DNA of 64,000 nt from positions 1,397-65,396 of the forward strand of contig CAVGED010000015.1 of NCBI GenBank assembly GCA_963628035.1, given 5' to 3'. Shown one piece after another: positions 1 to 8,980 of this stretch. The position numbers were made by a program, and so were the translations under genes. Positions within the stretch are counted from its first letter, which is position 1. The number at the start of each line of letters is the position of its first letter. The notes under the pieces were generated by a model. That model was given only the letters and a program-made list of their open reading frames with translations. It did no database searches and was not told the DNA's origin. Source of the stretch: Paludibacteraceae bacterium (GTDB taxonomy: Bacteria; Bacillota; Clostridia; Lachnospirales; Lachnospiraceae).

Positions 1-259
1 CGTAGACAGCAGGGAAGATCCCTTCGTGGGGATTGCCCAGGAGGAAGCTGTCGATCAACTGCTCTGGATATGCTTTTTTCGCCGCGTCAATGGATGCCCG
101 CACCGCACTGATATCTCCGGTAAAAATAATGATATATTTGCCCGGACATACTGTCTGCGCCTCGATCACTTCCACGTCTGCCGTCTTGATCACCAGATCT
201 GCCGCCAGAATACCCGTGGACACGGTCTTATATTCCACCATTCCGATTGCTTTTGCCAT
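1..259 (-). CDS. pduT: BMC-T shell protein, PduT-like (N-terminal part only; gene runs off the left edge)
   Basis: Reverse-strand ATG at 257-259. Translation MAKAIGMVEYKTVSTGILAADLVIKTADVEVIEAQTVCPGKYIIIFTGDISAVRASIDAA...LLGNPHEGIFPAV fits the PduT pattern (CPGK Cys, GD..AV, L.N.H....PA). Lies 10 nt downstream of the pduS-like gene. Confidence 0.75.
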   Translation of the reverse strand, partial: MAKAIGMVEYKTVSTGILAADLVIKTADVEVIEAQTVCPGKYIIIFTGDISAVRASIDAAKKAYPEQLIDSFLLGNPHEGIFPAVY

Positions 260-269
260 TCTCTTTTCC

Positions 270-1604
270 TCACTTTACTGCCTTGATTGTCACTGCTTTA
301 TCATTCACATCAATAACGATACCGTCAATGGATGCGTGAACCGGAAGGCTTAAGGCCTTCTCCTTGGCCGCTCCTATCAACTGTCCTGCGCTTACGCGAT
401 CTCCAACCTTCACCATCGGTGTGGCCGGTGCGCCGATGTGCTGGCTCAGCTTCAGCTTCACCTGTTCTGCATGCACCGCCTGTTCATCCAGGGCAGCCGG
501 AACATCGTATTTGTTAAGTCCAAGCCTTGCCCGCAAACGCTTCAAGGGTACTCTGCGGTAATCGAAAGCCTTATCTACCGGGCGTACCTCTACATCCGTC
601 GGCGGCTTGATCCCATTGGCACGAAGTCCGGCCTTATAGTTCTGGATCAGACTTCTGGGAGACAATCCCTGGCCGCAGGAATACATCTCACACAGTCCGC
701 AGGAGCTGCAGAACATCGTATTCAAAAACGGTGCCACATCCTGTGTTGTTCCGGTTGAGGCTGCCCGCATAAAAGCATGCGGCTCGATGGGATGCCCCAA
801 AAGATACCGCGGACACAGATCCGTACACATCTGACATTGACAGCAGGCTGCCATTGCCCGTTTCAGGTTGATCTGGGCATTTCCCTGTTTCTTTAAGATC
901 ACCGGATGATCGGCTTCCAATACCAGGATGGCATTGGATGTCTTGGTGATCACATCCTGTGGGCTTACAATGGGTCCTGTCATAGGCCCGCCCATAATAT
1001 AAGCCGGATTCTTGGCGGTCACACCTCCTGCCAGGCTGACCACCTCCTGCACAGTCATGCCGAGCGGGACGACTCTGGTACAGGGATTTTCTACTTCTCC
1101 GGTTATGGTAATATATTTCTTCGTTACCGGCACATGTGCATTCAATGCCTGGTAAATGTTATAGACTGTCTCAACATTAAACACCGCCACTCCAACCTGG
1201 ATGGGAATACTCCCCGGCGGCACCACCTTTCCGGTGGTCTCATGGATCAGAATCACCTCATCCCCGGCCGGATAGACCTCCGGCAGAAGCCCCAGTGAGA
1301 CCCGTGGAAAAGAATCAATCTGTGCCTTCAGTGCTGTCACCGTATCCTTGTAGGCTTCCTTGACACCAACGATAACCTGATCCGCGCCTATCGTCTCCGC
1401 CATTAATTCCAGCGTGCTTAAGATCTCATAGGCATGGGCTGCCAACAACTGACGATGCAATCGAAGCAGCGGCTCACACTCCGCACAGTTCAGGATGATG
1501 GTTTTCGCCCTCGGATCCAGCTTCCCATAACTGGGGAAGCCAGCTCCCCCGGCTCCGGCCACTCCTGCATTTTTTACAATATCAACGAGTTCCGTAAATT
1601 CCAT
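270..1604 (-). CDS. pduS: PduS/RnfC-like Fe-S flavoprotein of the microcompartment
   Basis: 444 aa. GAGGAGFP nucleotide-binding motif at the N-terminus. Two Cys clusters (CCQCQMCTDLCP, CSSCGLCEMYSC) typical of 2x[4Fe-4S]. C-terminal barrel-sandwich-like tail. BMC operon context. Confidence 0.8.
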   Translation of the reverse strand: MEFTELVDIVKNAGVAGAGGAGFPSYGKLDPRAKTIILNCAECEPLLRLHRQLLAAHAYEILSTLELMAETIGADQVIVGVKEAYKDTVTALKAQIDSFPRVSLGLLPEVYPAGDEVILIHETTGKVVPPGSIPIQVGVAVFNVETVYNIYQALNAHVPVTKKYITITGEVENPCTRVVPLGMTVQEVVSLAGGVTAKNPAYIMGGPMTGPIVSPQDVITKTSNAILVLEADHPVILKKQGNAQINLKRAMAACCQCQMCTDLCPRYLLGHPIEPHAFMRAASTGTTQDVAPFLNTMFCSSCGLCEMYSCGQGLSPRSLIQNYKAGLRANGIKPPTDVEVRPVDKAFDYRRVPLKRLRARLGLNKYDVPAALDEQAVHAEQVKLKLSQHIGAPATPMVKVGDRVSAGQLIGAAKEKALSLPVHASIDGIVIDVNDKAVTIKAVK

Positions 1605-1610
1605 GATGCT

Positions 1611-1877
1611 CTACTCCAATTCTGTTCCGTTATCCACAATTCCAACGATAGCCGCGTCCACTGGTTCGGTCTCAATGCCGCAGCCGATGCGGGCGGCGCT
1701 TCCGGTTGCCACCAGAACGACCTCGCCGATTCCGGCTCCCACATTATCAATGGCCACAATGTTATTTCCAGAAGCCTTCATTGATTTGAGCGGCTCCACG
1801 ATGAGAAACTTATTTCCCACCAGATTTTCATTTTTGCGTGTGGAAACAACACTTCCCACTACTGTTCCTATGATCAT
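1611..1877 (-). CDS. eutN: BMC-P pentameric vertex protein (EutN/PduN/CcmL family)
   Basis: The ORF-track start at 1904 is TTG. The ATG at 1877 gives MIIGTVVGSVVSTRKNENLVGNKFLIVEPL, a typical EutN N-terminus, with an AAAGGA RBS upstream. Confidence 0.85.
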   Translation of the reverse strand: MIIGTVVGSVVSTRKNENLVGNKFLIVEPLKSMKASGNNIVAIDNVGAGIGEVVLVATGSAARIGCGIETEPVDAAIVGIVDNGTELE

Positions 1878-1913
1878 ACTGTCAAATCCTTTTCTTCCTG
1901 ACAATGGAATGTG

Positions 1914-2567
1914 CTACCGGCTGCTGTTTATCACAACCGCGTCTCCGGTCTTAATATTGGAAGCATTTGCTTCGTCCGTGTCAATATGCATCTCCAGCGT
2001 AAAGCTGTCATCCACACGGATCAACACCTCATCGAAGGTAGTTCCTCTGGCATTTTTCGCCGTCACAGAAACTACATCCTTGTCCTTAAGGCCTGCTGCA
2101 CGCGCATCCGCCGGAGACATATGGATATGCCTTCTGGCTACGATACAGCCTTCCTTCAAATAAATGGCTCCCTTGGGTCCCACCACTGCGATGGGTGCAG
2201 AGCCCTTGATATCTCCGGAATCACGAAGCGGTGCGCGAACACCCAGCTTCATGGCATCCGTCTGGGAGATCTCCACCTGTGAGGCCTTCCGTACCGGTCC
2301 TAGGATCCGTACGTTTTCAATGGCCCGAAGCTTCGTTCCCACGATGGTGACCTGTTCATTCGAGGCAAACTGCCCGCCCATGAGATCCTTCTTCTTGGTA
2401 AGCTGATAGCCTGGTCCAAAAAGTGTCTCTACATCGGCCTGGGTCAGGTGAACGTGCCGTGCTGACACGCCCACCGGTACCAGAAAGCCTTCTTCTTTTG
2501 CATCATCGCCCCGGAGCATTTCCATTACAAGCTTTGTTATCTGTTCAATGTTTCTCTCATCCACCAT
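1914..2567 (-). CDS. pduL: phosphate propanoyltransferase PduL with N-terminal encapsulation peptide
   Basis: 217 aa. Duplicated PduL signature (SARHVHLTQ and ARRHIHMSP). Amphipathic N-terminus ERNIEQITKLVMEML followed by a linker. Confidence 0.9.
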   Translation of the reverse strand: MVDERNIEQITKLVMEMLRGDDAKEEGFLVPVGVSARHVHLTQADVETLFGPGYQLTKKKDLMGGQFASNEQVTIVGTKLRAIENVRILGPVRKASQVEISQTDAMKLGVRAPLRDSGDIKGSAPIAVVGPKGAIYLKEGCIVARRHIHMSPADARAAGLKDKDVVSVTAKNARGTTFDEVLIRVDDSFTLEMHIDTDEANASNIKTGDAVVINSSR

Positions 2568-2602
2568 TGCATGCTCCTCATCTTAATTCCAACCGGCTAA
2601 GA

Positions 2603-2881
2603 TTATTTCAGTGTGGGAAGGATCTTCTCCACATCGCCATGAGGCCTGGGAATTACATGGGTAGCTACCAGCTCGCCCAGCTTGGAGGCGTTGGCTGCGC
2701 CTGCTTCTACAGCGGACTTCACGGCTCCTACATCGCCGCGAACCATAACGGTTACCAGTCCGGATCCGATCTTCTCGGTTCCGATCAGAACTACGTTTGC
2801 GGCCTTAACCATGGCATCTGCTGCCTCGATGGCTGCTGTAAGACCTCTTGTTTCTACCATTCCTAATGCTTCCTGTGACAT
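2603..2881 (-). CDS. BMC-H hexameric shell protein (PduA/EutM type)
   Basis: [30 protein letters not shown]... is a canonical BMC domain. The ATG at 2881 has an AAGGAGG RBS. The ORF track extends to 3004 with a K/A/T-rich 41-aa extension (see findings). Confidence 0.85.
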   Translation of the reverse strand: MSQEALGMVETRGLTAAIEAADAMVKAANVVLIGTEKIGSGLVTVMVRGDVGAVKSAVEAGAANASKLGELVATHVIPRPHGDVEKILPTLK

Positions 2882-3037
2882 AATATGTACCTCCTTGTTT
2901 TTGGCTGGCGCATTCTCCGGCGCCGTCTGTTGTTTTGTTGCTGCCGCAGTCTTCGCTGCGGGCTGTTTCCTTGTTGTTGTTGCTTTCTTTTCGTTGTCTG
3001 GCATTTTATTTCACCGCCTGTTTTTTCTCTGCTGCAA

Positions 3038-3403
3038 TCAGACTTCACTGAAGGTCTTCTCGTCTAATGTCTCATCTTCCGCCTTCTTCTGCTCTGTCTG
3101 TTCCTTCACCGCCTGTTTCTTCTTCATGCGGCTTGCACTCAGCTCTACCATTTTGATGGTTTCTTCATGAGGTCTGGCGATCACTGCCTTGGTGACGGGC
3201 TTGTCGGACAGGCATCCGGCCGCTGCGGCTTCCACTGCCTCTGTCACGGCTGACACGCTTCCCTGCACGATGATGGTGACAAGACGTCCGCCCATTTTTC
3301 TCTCCCAGGTGACGAATTCCACATCTGCCGTTTTCACCATGGTATCCAGGGCATTCACTGCAGCTACCACACCGCTGACCTCAATAAATCCTAACGCGTT
3401 CAT
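3038..3403 (-). CDS. BMC-domain shell protein with charged C-terminal tail
   Basis: MNALGFIEVSGVVAAVNALDTMVKTADVEF... is a BMC fold pattern. The roughly 35-aa K/E-rich tail lies after the domain. Confidence 0.8.
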   Translation of the reverse strand: MNALGFIEVSGVVAAVNALDTMVKTADVEFVTWERKMGGRLVTIIVQGSVSAVTEAVEAAAAGCLSDKPVTKAVIARPHEETIKMVELSASRMKKKQAVKEQTEQKKAEDETLDEKTFSEV

Positions 3404-3446
3404 ATACTCGCTCCTTTACCTGGCGCGTATTCCTTGCAGTCTCTGC

Positions 3447-3725
3447 TTATTTAAGAGTCGGCAGAATCTTCTCCACATCGCTGTGAGGTCTGGGAATTAC
3501 ATGAGTAGCTACCAGCTCGCCCAGTCTAGATGCGCTTGCGGAACCGCTCTCTACAGCTGCCTTCACGGCTCCTACATCGCCGCGAACCATAACGGTTACC
3601 AGTCCGGATCCGATCTTCTCGGTTCCAATCAATGTAACCTCAGCTGCCTTCACCATTGCATCCGCTGCCTCGATCGCTGCGGTCAGTCCTCTTGTTTCTA
3701 CCATTCCTAATGCTTCCTGTGCCAT
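3447..3725 (-). CDS. BMC-H hexameric shell protein (PduA/EutM type)
   Basis: [30 protein letters not shown]... from the ATG at 3725, which has an AAGGAGGA RBS. The ORF-track start at 3785 adds 20 unlikely residues. Confidence 0.85.
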   Translation of the reverse strand: MAQEALGMVETRGLTAAIEAADAMVKAAEVTLIGTEKIGSGLVTVMVRGDVGAVKAAVESGSASASRLGELVATHVIPRPHSDVEKILPTLK

Positions 3726-3822
3726 TTTTGTATCCTCCTTGTTTGATACGGGTTTTTGTTTTATATGTTTATTTTTTATATACATTTACTTCGCAGTGCA
3801 GCTCGATTCCGCTTTGCTGCCA

Positions 3823-4140
3823 CTACACTTTATCTAATCCGTTCAGCTTGAACATCATCTCGGTATCCTCTGCCGGGCCGGCCATGATGTGCTTGCTGAC
3901 TGTTCCGGTCAGGCTGTTTGCCGCCTGCTCTGCTGCTGCCACAGCCGCTGTCACATCCTCTACGCTTCCGCGGAACTTCACGCATACGATCAACGGAACC
4001 GGGAGAGCGTCCGCGTTGGCAGGCTTGTTACGGTCGAAGGGCTCCATAGTGACATTGGCTGCCTTACAGCCGGCATCCCCCGCCACAAAGGCGCATACCA
4101 GACCAAATACTTCAATGATTCCCACTGCCTGCTGTGCCAT
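3823..4140 (-). CDS. divergent BMC-domain shell protein
   Basis: 105 aa. MAQQAVGIIEVFGLVCAFVAGDAGCKAANV... is BMC-like with an internal insertion. Shell-gene cluster context. Confidence 0.7.
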   Translation of the reverse strand: MAQQAVGIIEVFGLVCAFVAGDAGCKAANVTMEPFDRNKPANADALPVPLIVCVKFRGSVEDVTAAVAAAEQAANSLTGTVSKHIMAGPAEDTEMMFKLNGLDKV

Positions 4141-4153
4141 TTCCTACCTCCGA

Positions 4154-5368
4154 TTACTCGTTGATGATCGCAATCTTAAGGCCCGCCATCGCCAGGTTGG
4201 TCTTGTGTGCTTCGTTGATCTGATCCAACGGGAAGGTATGAGTGATCAGCTTATCCATGGGCAACCCAATGGCCTTGGCACTCTTTAAGAAATCAAAGGT
4301 GGTGGCATAATCGCGCAGGGTATATACCCAGGAACCAACCGTTGTGATCTCTTTGGAGCAGATGTCAAAGTGCGGGTTGATGGTAGCATCTCCACCGTTG
4401 ATGAAGAATCCAAGCTCACACAGTCCGCCGCCGTTGCGGATGAACTTGTAGATGTTGGAATGTGCTACAGGAGAACCGGTACACTGGAAGGCAAAGTCTG
4501 CCAGATGTCCGCCGAATGCCGACTTAACAGCATCGGTCAGCTCCTCGATTCCCTTATGCTCCTTGAAGTTCACAGTAGCGGAAGCTCCCATCTCTCTCGC
4601 GAAATCAAGACGCTTCTGCTCGCCGTCTACCGCTACGATGTTGACGATTCCCATGGTCTTTAAGATCGCGATGCAGATCAGACCGATGGGGCCGCATCCC
4701 TGAACAGCCACCCGGCTGTTGAAGCGCAGGATTCCGGTGGTCTTCGCACGCTCTACTGCATGGATCAATACCGCGCAAGGCTCGATCAGGATTCTGGACT
4801 TCAGATCCAGATCGCTGACGTTAAATACCGTGGAACCGCCCCGAATCACGATATAATCAGCAAACCATCCGTTCAGATGGATGTCATCGTCCGGCAGCAG
4901 GCCATAGACATCAGCCGCGCCTACATTCTGTTTGTTCAAGTCATACATGGTGATCTCGGGATCATCCTGGAAGATCATGCAGGTAACGACCTTATCGCCC
5001 AGCTTCAGAGGCTTGCCTGCGCTGTCCTTCTTCACATTCTTTCCCATCTTCACGATCTCACCGGTTCCTTCATGTCCCAGCACTACAGGGATCAGTCCGA
5101 AGGGATCACGCTTGAACTCGTGGGCATCTGTGCCGCATACGCCGCAGCCTTCCACCTTTACCAGGATATCATCATCGCCCAGCTCAGGAATCGGGAATTC
5201 CTTGATGTCATAGTGCTCCAGCGCTGTCAGCATAGCTGCCCGGCTGGTCTTGGGGATCGTTCCGTTCTTCACGGCACCAGCAGTGCTTCCGGCCAGAGCG
5301 GATGGATCACGCATGCCATCCAGCACCTGTTTTACGATTGCTTCGATCTCTCTCTCATTCATTGCCAT
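4154..5368 (-). CDS. Zn-dependent alcohol dehydrogenase (MDR family) with N-terminal encapsulation peptide
   Basis: 404 aa. CGVCGTD and GHEGTGEIV zinc/catalytic motifs. About 40-aa N-terminal extension EREIEAIVKQVLDGM plus an Ala/Gly linker. Confidence 0.85.
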   Translation of the reverse strand: MAMNEREIEAIVKQVLDGMRDPSALAGSTAGAVKNGTIPKTSRAAMLTALEHYDIKEFPIPELGDDDILVKVEGCGVCGTDAHEFKRDPFGLIPVVLGHEGTGEIVKMGKNVKKDSAGKPLKLGDKVVTCMIFQDDPEITMYDLNKQNVGAADVYGLLPDDDIHLNGWFADYIVIRGGSTVFNVSDLDLKSRILIEPCAVLIHAVERAKTTGILRFNSRVAVQGCGPIGLICIAILKTMGIVNIVAVDGEQKRLDFAREMGASATVNFKEHKGIEELTDAVKSAFGGHLADFAFQCTGSPVAHSNIYKFIRNGGGLCELGFFINGGDATINPHFDICSKEITTVGSWVYTLRDYATTFDFLKSAKAIGLPMDKLITHTFPLDQINEAHKTNLAMAGLKIAIINE

Positions 5369-5377
5369 AATTTCCTC

Positions 5378-6772
5378 CTATCTGATGCACAGGCTGTCTG
5401 ACATGACACAACGGCGCCTCTTGGTAAAGGTGCTGGCTGAGGTCAGGCCCTCGCCGGTACGGCTGGCGATGGTGAAGGTGCAGTAGCCCTCTCCGCCAAA
5501 TCCCAGAGCCGCATAAGACGGTGCATTTTTTACAAAAATAGCGGTATCAATCGCTTTCCCGAACTTCGTCAGGTTATCAACATTCTTGGAGTGCATATGG
5601 GCGGAATGGCGGTTGCCATGCTCCAGCCATACTGCCTTCGCGATCCCGTCATCCACATCCTTGGCACGAACGATTCCCAGGATGGGCATCATCAGCTCGG
5701 TTGCGATCAGCGGGTGCTCCTTCTCTCCCTCAAAAATGATACAGCGGATGTCATCCGATACGGTAACACCAATCATTCCAAGAAGCGTCTTGGCGTCACG
5801 GCCAACACATTTCCGGTTCAATGCTGTACCCTTGGTAAATACGGTGGCGATCAGCTTATCCTGTTCTTCCTTGGAAGCCATGTAGCAACCGCATTCCTCA
5901 AGCATCCAGTGGATCAGTTCATCCGCTACGGAATCCACAACCACCACCTCTTTCTCTGCGATGCAGGGAAGGTTGTTGTCGAAGGTACAGCCGTTTACGA
6001 TATCCATGGCTGCCTTGCGGATATCTGCAGTCTCGTCCACCAGTGCCGGCGGATTACCTGCTCCGGCTCCGATGCCACGCTTCCCGGAGGAAAGCACGGT
6101 GGTCACAACGCCGGGGCCTCCGGTAGCTGCGATCAGATGGATGTCCGGATGCTTCATCATGATAGCGCTGGTCTCAATGGAAGGATGCTCCAGGGAAACC
6201 GCGATGTTTACAGGGCCGCCAACCTCCATGGATGCACGGTTGACCATATCTACCGCGAAATTGGACACCTTCACAGCAGCCGGATGCGGACAGAACACGA
6301 TGGTGTTTCCTCCTGCGATCATCCCGATACTGTTGCAGAGGATGGTCTCACTGGGATTGGTGCAGGGCGTGATAGCTCCGATCACCCCAAAGGGTCCCAT
6401 CTCGATCAAGGTAAGTCCCCGGTCACCAGACCAGGCGGTTGTTGTGATATCTTCTGTTCCCGGTGTCTTTTCAGCTACCAGGCGGTGCTTCAATATCTTG
6501 TGGCCGACATTGCCCATGCCGGTCTCCTCCACACCCATTTTTGCCAGAAGTTCTGCATTCTCCAGGGTTTTCTCGCGAATCTTGCTGATGATCTTCTCGC
6601 GGAAATCCATAGGCATCTGCTGCATGATCTTCTGTGCGTCCTTTGCAGCTGCGATAGCTGTATTCATATCGTTAAAGATTCCAAGCTGTGCAGCGGGAGC
6701 CTGCTCCTGCTCGTTCAGCTTCTTCACTACTTCCGACACGATAAGCCGCAGTTCTGACTCATTTACTGCCAT
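5378..6772 (-). CDS. pduP: CoA-acylating aldehyde dehydrogenase (PduP/EutE family) with N-terminal encapsulation peptide
   Basis: 464 aa. FDNNLPCIAEKE catalytic-Cys region. N-terminus ESELRLIVSEVVKKL followed by a linker. Confidence 0.85.
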   Translation of the reverse strand: MAVNESELRLIVSEVVKKLNEQEQAPAAQLGIFNDMNTAIAAAKDAQKIMQQMPMDFREKIISKIREKTLENAELLAKMGVEETGMGNVGHKILKHRLVAEKTPGTEDITTTAWSGDRGLTLIEMGPFGVIGAITPCTNPSETILCNSIGMIAGGNTIVFCPHPAAVKVSNFAVDMVNRASMEVGGPVNIAVSLEHPSIETSAIMMKHPDIHLIAATGGPGVVTTVLSSGKRGIGAGAGNPPALVDETADIRKAAMDIVNGCTFDNNLPCIAEKEVVVVDSVADELIHWMLEECGCYMASKEEQDKLIATVFTKGTALNRKCVGRDAKTLLGMIGVTVSDDIRCIIFEGEKEHPLIATELMMPILGIVRAKDVDDGIAKAVWLEHGNRHSAHMHSKNVDNLTKFGKAIDTAIFVKNAPSYAALGFGGEGYCTFTIASRTGEGLTSASTFTKRRRCVMSDSLCIR

Positions 6773-7245
6773 ATATCAAGTGCCTCCTTCAATAATCTCT
6801 CGCCGTACTCAGCCAGTGCCGTGTCCTGGGCTTCACTGCCTCCGCTGACTCCAAGACCACCAATGACTTTATCGCCCCAGCGGATGGGAATCCCTCCGCC
6901 GAAGATAACGATCTTCCCTTCGTTGGTATGCTGGATCCCGTAGAGCTCGCCGCCCGGCTGACTTAATCTTTTCAACTGCGTGGTGGGCATCTTCAGTGCT
7001 GCACAGGTGTATGCCTTGTTCAATGCAATGTCGTAGCTGGCGATGTAGGAATCATCCATACAGTGAACCGCCACCGGACGTCCGCCCCGGTTCGCCACTG
7101 CGACCACGGCATTCACACCCATGCGGGCAGCCTCGGCTTCGACCGCTTCAATCAGCTTGACAGCCAACCGAAGTGTGACATCTGTATTCTTCTGCACATT
7201 CTCAACGACACGTGAGACGACCTCGGCTATGTATTGATCTTCCAT
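6763..7245 (-). CDS. GlcG/DUF336 (PduO C-terminal-like) heme-binding-family protein
   Basis: 160 aa. GGGIPI...GGLGVSGGS glycine-rich C-terminal pattern of the GlcG/HbpS family. Overlaps the ALDH start by 10 nt. Confidence 0.7.
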   Translation of the reverse strand: MEDQYIAEVVSRVVENVQKNTDVTLRLAVKLIEAVEAEAARMGVNAVVAVANRGGRPVAVHCMDDSYIASYDIALNKAYTCAALKMPTTQLKRLSQPGGELYGIQHTNEGKIVIFGGGIPIRWGDKVIGGLGVSGGSEAQDTALAEYGERLLKEALDIWQ

Positions 7246-7258
7246 TTTCTCACATCCC

Positions 7259-8068
7259 TTACTTGGAAAATCCCAACTGCTCCATAACCTTCTTGGTAAT
7301 ATCGGCTACCAGCTCGGCATTCTCTTCCTTGCCCTGCTTCTTGCCGCCGCAAGCTCCGCAGCTATGGCAACTTGGCTTACCTGCTACAGTGTTGGGGCAG
7401 AGGTTTGCCGGATGCTTTCCCTTCATACCGAACTGTCTGCGGATCTCATACAGGTCCTCAACCTGCTCCGGTGTGAACTCGTGAGGGCCACCCATCATCT
7501 TGGACTGATACAGCAGCTGTGCATAAAACTCTACAGATTCCATCTTCAGATATGCAGAAAGCAGGGAATCGGAGTAGGTCAGTGCACCGTGATTCTCCAG
7601 CAGTACCGCATCAAAATGCTGCAGGTATGGGGATACCGCATCGGGGATCTCCATGGTGGACGGTCTTCCGTACTTAGCGATCGGTACGCATCCTAATGCG
7701 ATTACCGCCTCAGGCATGATCGGCTGAGTAAGAGGAATCCCGCAGATCGCGAAGGTCGTTGCATACATAGGATGTGCATGTACTACGGACTTTACATCGG
7801 GACGCTCCTGATATACTCTCATATGCATCTTGATCTCGGATGACGGCTTGAAGTTGCCGTTTGCCTGGATGACCTTTCCTTCCTTATCCACCTTGCAGAT
7901 GTAGTCCGGGGTCATAAAGCCCTTGGATACACCGGTCGGTGTACATAAGAATTCATTGTCGCTGATCTTCACGGAGATGTTGCCGTCATTGGCCGCAACC
8001 ATGTTGCGGTTGTAGATCCGTTTACCGATGTCACAGATCTGTTTTTTGATTTCATATTCGGATACCAT
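7259..8068 (-). CDS. class II aldolase (rhamnulose/fuculose-1-phosphate aldolase-like) with Cys-rich linker and C-terminal encapsulation peptide
   Basis: 269 aa. NDGNISV and HAHPMYAT metal-binding motifs. 52-aa tail ...CPNTVAGKPSCHSCGACGG...ELVADITKKVMEQLGFSK. Confidence 0.85.
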   Translation of the reverse strand: MVSEYEIKKQICDIGKRIYNRNMVAANDGNISVKISDNEFLCTPTGVSKGFMTPDYICKVDKEGKVIQANGNFKPSSEIKMHMRVYQERPDVKSVVHAHPMYATTFAICGIPLTQPIMPEAVIALGCVPIAKYGRPSTMEIPDAVSPYLQHFDAVLLENHGALTYSDSLLSAYLKMESVEFYAQLLYQSKMMGGPHEFTPEQVEDLYEIRRQFGMKGKHPANLCPNTVAGKPSCHSCGACGGKKQGKEENAELVADITKKVMEQLGFSK

Positions 8069-8132
8069 AACTTTCCTCCTGTTTTTTGTTGGTTTTCCTT
8101 GCTTAAGTTTGTTTTTAGTTTGCTTTAGGCTT

Positions 8133-8161
8133 ATTATAATACATCAAAAGAGACAAGTCAA
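8133..8161 (-). promoter_or_regulatory. sigma-A type promoter TTGACT-17-TATAAT upstream of the aldolase/shell operon
   Basis: Reverse complement reads TTGACT tgtctcttttgatgtat TATAAT. About 65 nt upstream of the aldolase ATG. Confidence 0.65.
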
Positions 8162-8188
8162 CATGTTTTATGTGGTTTTTTGTTGTTT

Positions 8189-8980
8189 TTATCCGCCGAT
8201 CTGTCCCTTTAGTCCTACGCAGTTTACTTCTTCCAGAAGTATCTGCATATGCTCCTTGTCCGGCGGAAGCGCATCCCCCATGAGATATTCCCGCCCAAGG
8301 CCGGTATACTTGTCCTGTCCGAGCCGATGATACGGCAGCAGATGCATTTGTTCTACCCCCTTTAAGGTGGCTGCGTACCGGGCGATGGCACGGATCTCCT
8401 CCGGCGTATCATTAAAGCCCGGAATCACCGGAACGCGAATGATCAGCTCCGTGCTGCTGGCTGCGATCCGTTTTGCATTTTCCAGCATAAGCTCATTGCT
8501 CCTTCCGGTAAACAGCTCATGCTTCTTCGGATCCATGTGCTTAATATCCATCAGATAGAGATCCAGATTCGGCAGATAGCGTTCTATCGTCTCGAACTTC
8601 GCGCAGCCCATAGACTCCATGGCTGTGTGATAGCCTTCCTCCTTCAGTCCATGCAGCAGCGCTTCTCCGAAATCCGGCTGGCAAAGCGCTTCTCCGCCGG
8701 AAAGCGTCACGCCTCCGCCGCTCCTCCGATAGAATGTCCGATCCTGGGATATCTCCAGAAGAACCTCTCCTACCGTCACGTCCCGGCCGATGGTCTTCTC
8801 CTTTCCGTCCACCACCATAGTCTCAATCTCATAGTGCTGTGACTCTGGATTGCAGCACCAGCGGCAGTGCAGTACGCATCCCTTGAAGAATACAATGGTC
8901 CGTATCCCCGGTCCGTCATGAACGGAAAATTTCTGGATGTCAAAAATCCTTCCTTTTACATTTCTATATTCTCTGTCCAT
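8189..8980 (-). CDS. glycyl-radical enzyme activating enzyme (radical SAM)
   Basis: 263 aa. CVLHCRWCCNP (CxxxCxxC) cluster. Abuts the GRE gene with no intergenic gap. Confidence 0.9.
   Translation of the reverse strand: MDREYRNVKGRIFDIQKFSVHDGPGIRTIVFFKGCVLHCRWCCNPESQHYEIETMVVDGKEKTIGRDVTVGEVLLEISQDRTFYRRSGGGVTLSGGEALCQPDFGEALLHGLKEEGYHTAMESMGCAKFETIERYLPNLDLYLMDIKHMDPKKHELFTGRSNELMLENAKRIAASSTELIIRVPVIPGFNDTPEEIRAIARYAATLKGVEQMHLLPYHRLGQDKYTGLGREYLMGDALPPDKEHMQILLEEVNCVGLKGQIGG

Noticed and set aside
5591-6848. Long antisense ORFs opposite well-supported genes. These are 388 aa and 295 aa here; similar ones occur at 13054-14466, 19289-19993, 29611-30324, 42943-43716 and 57898-58380.
   Set aside because: They are shadow ORFs opposite genes with clear family motifs. 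They have skewed composition (His/Arg/Cys/Leu-rich), no RBS and no recognisable domains.
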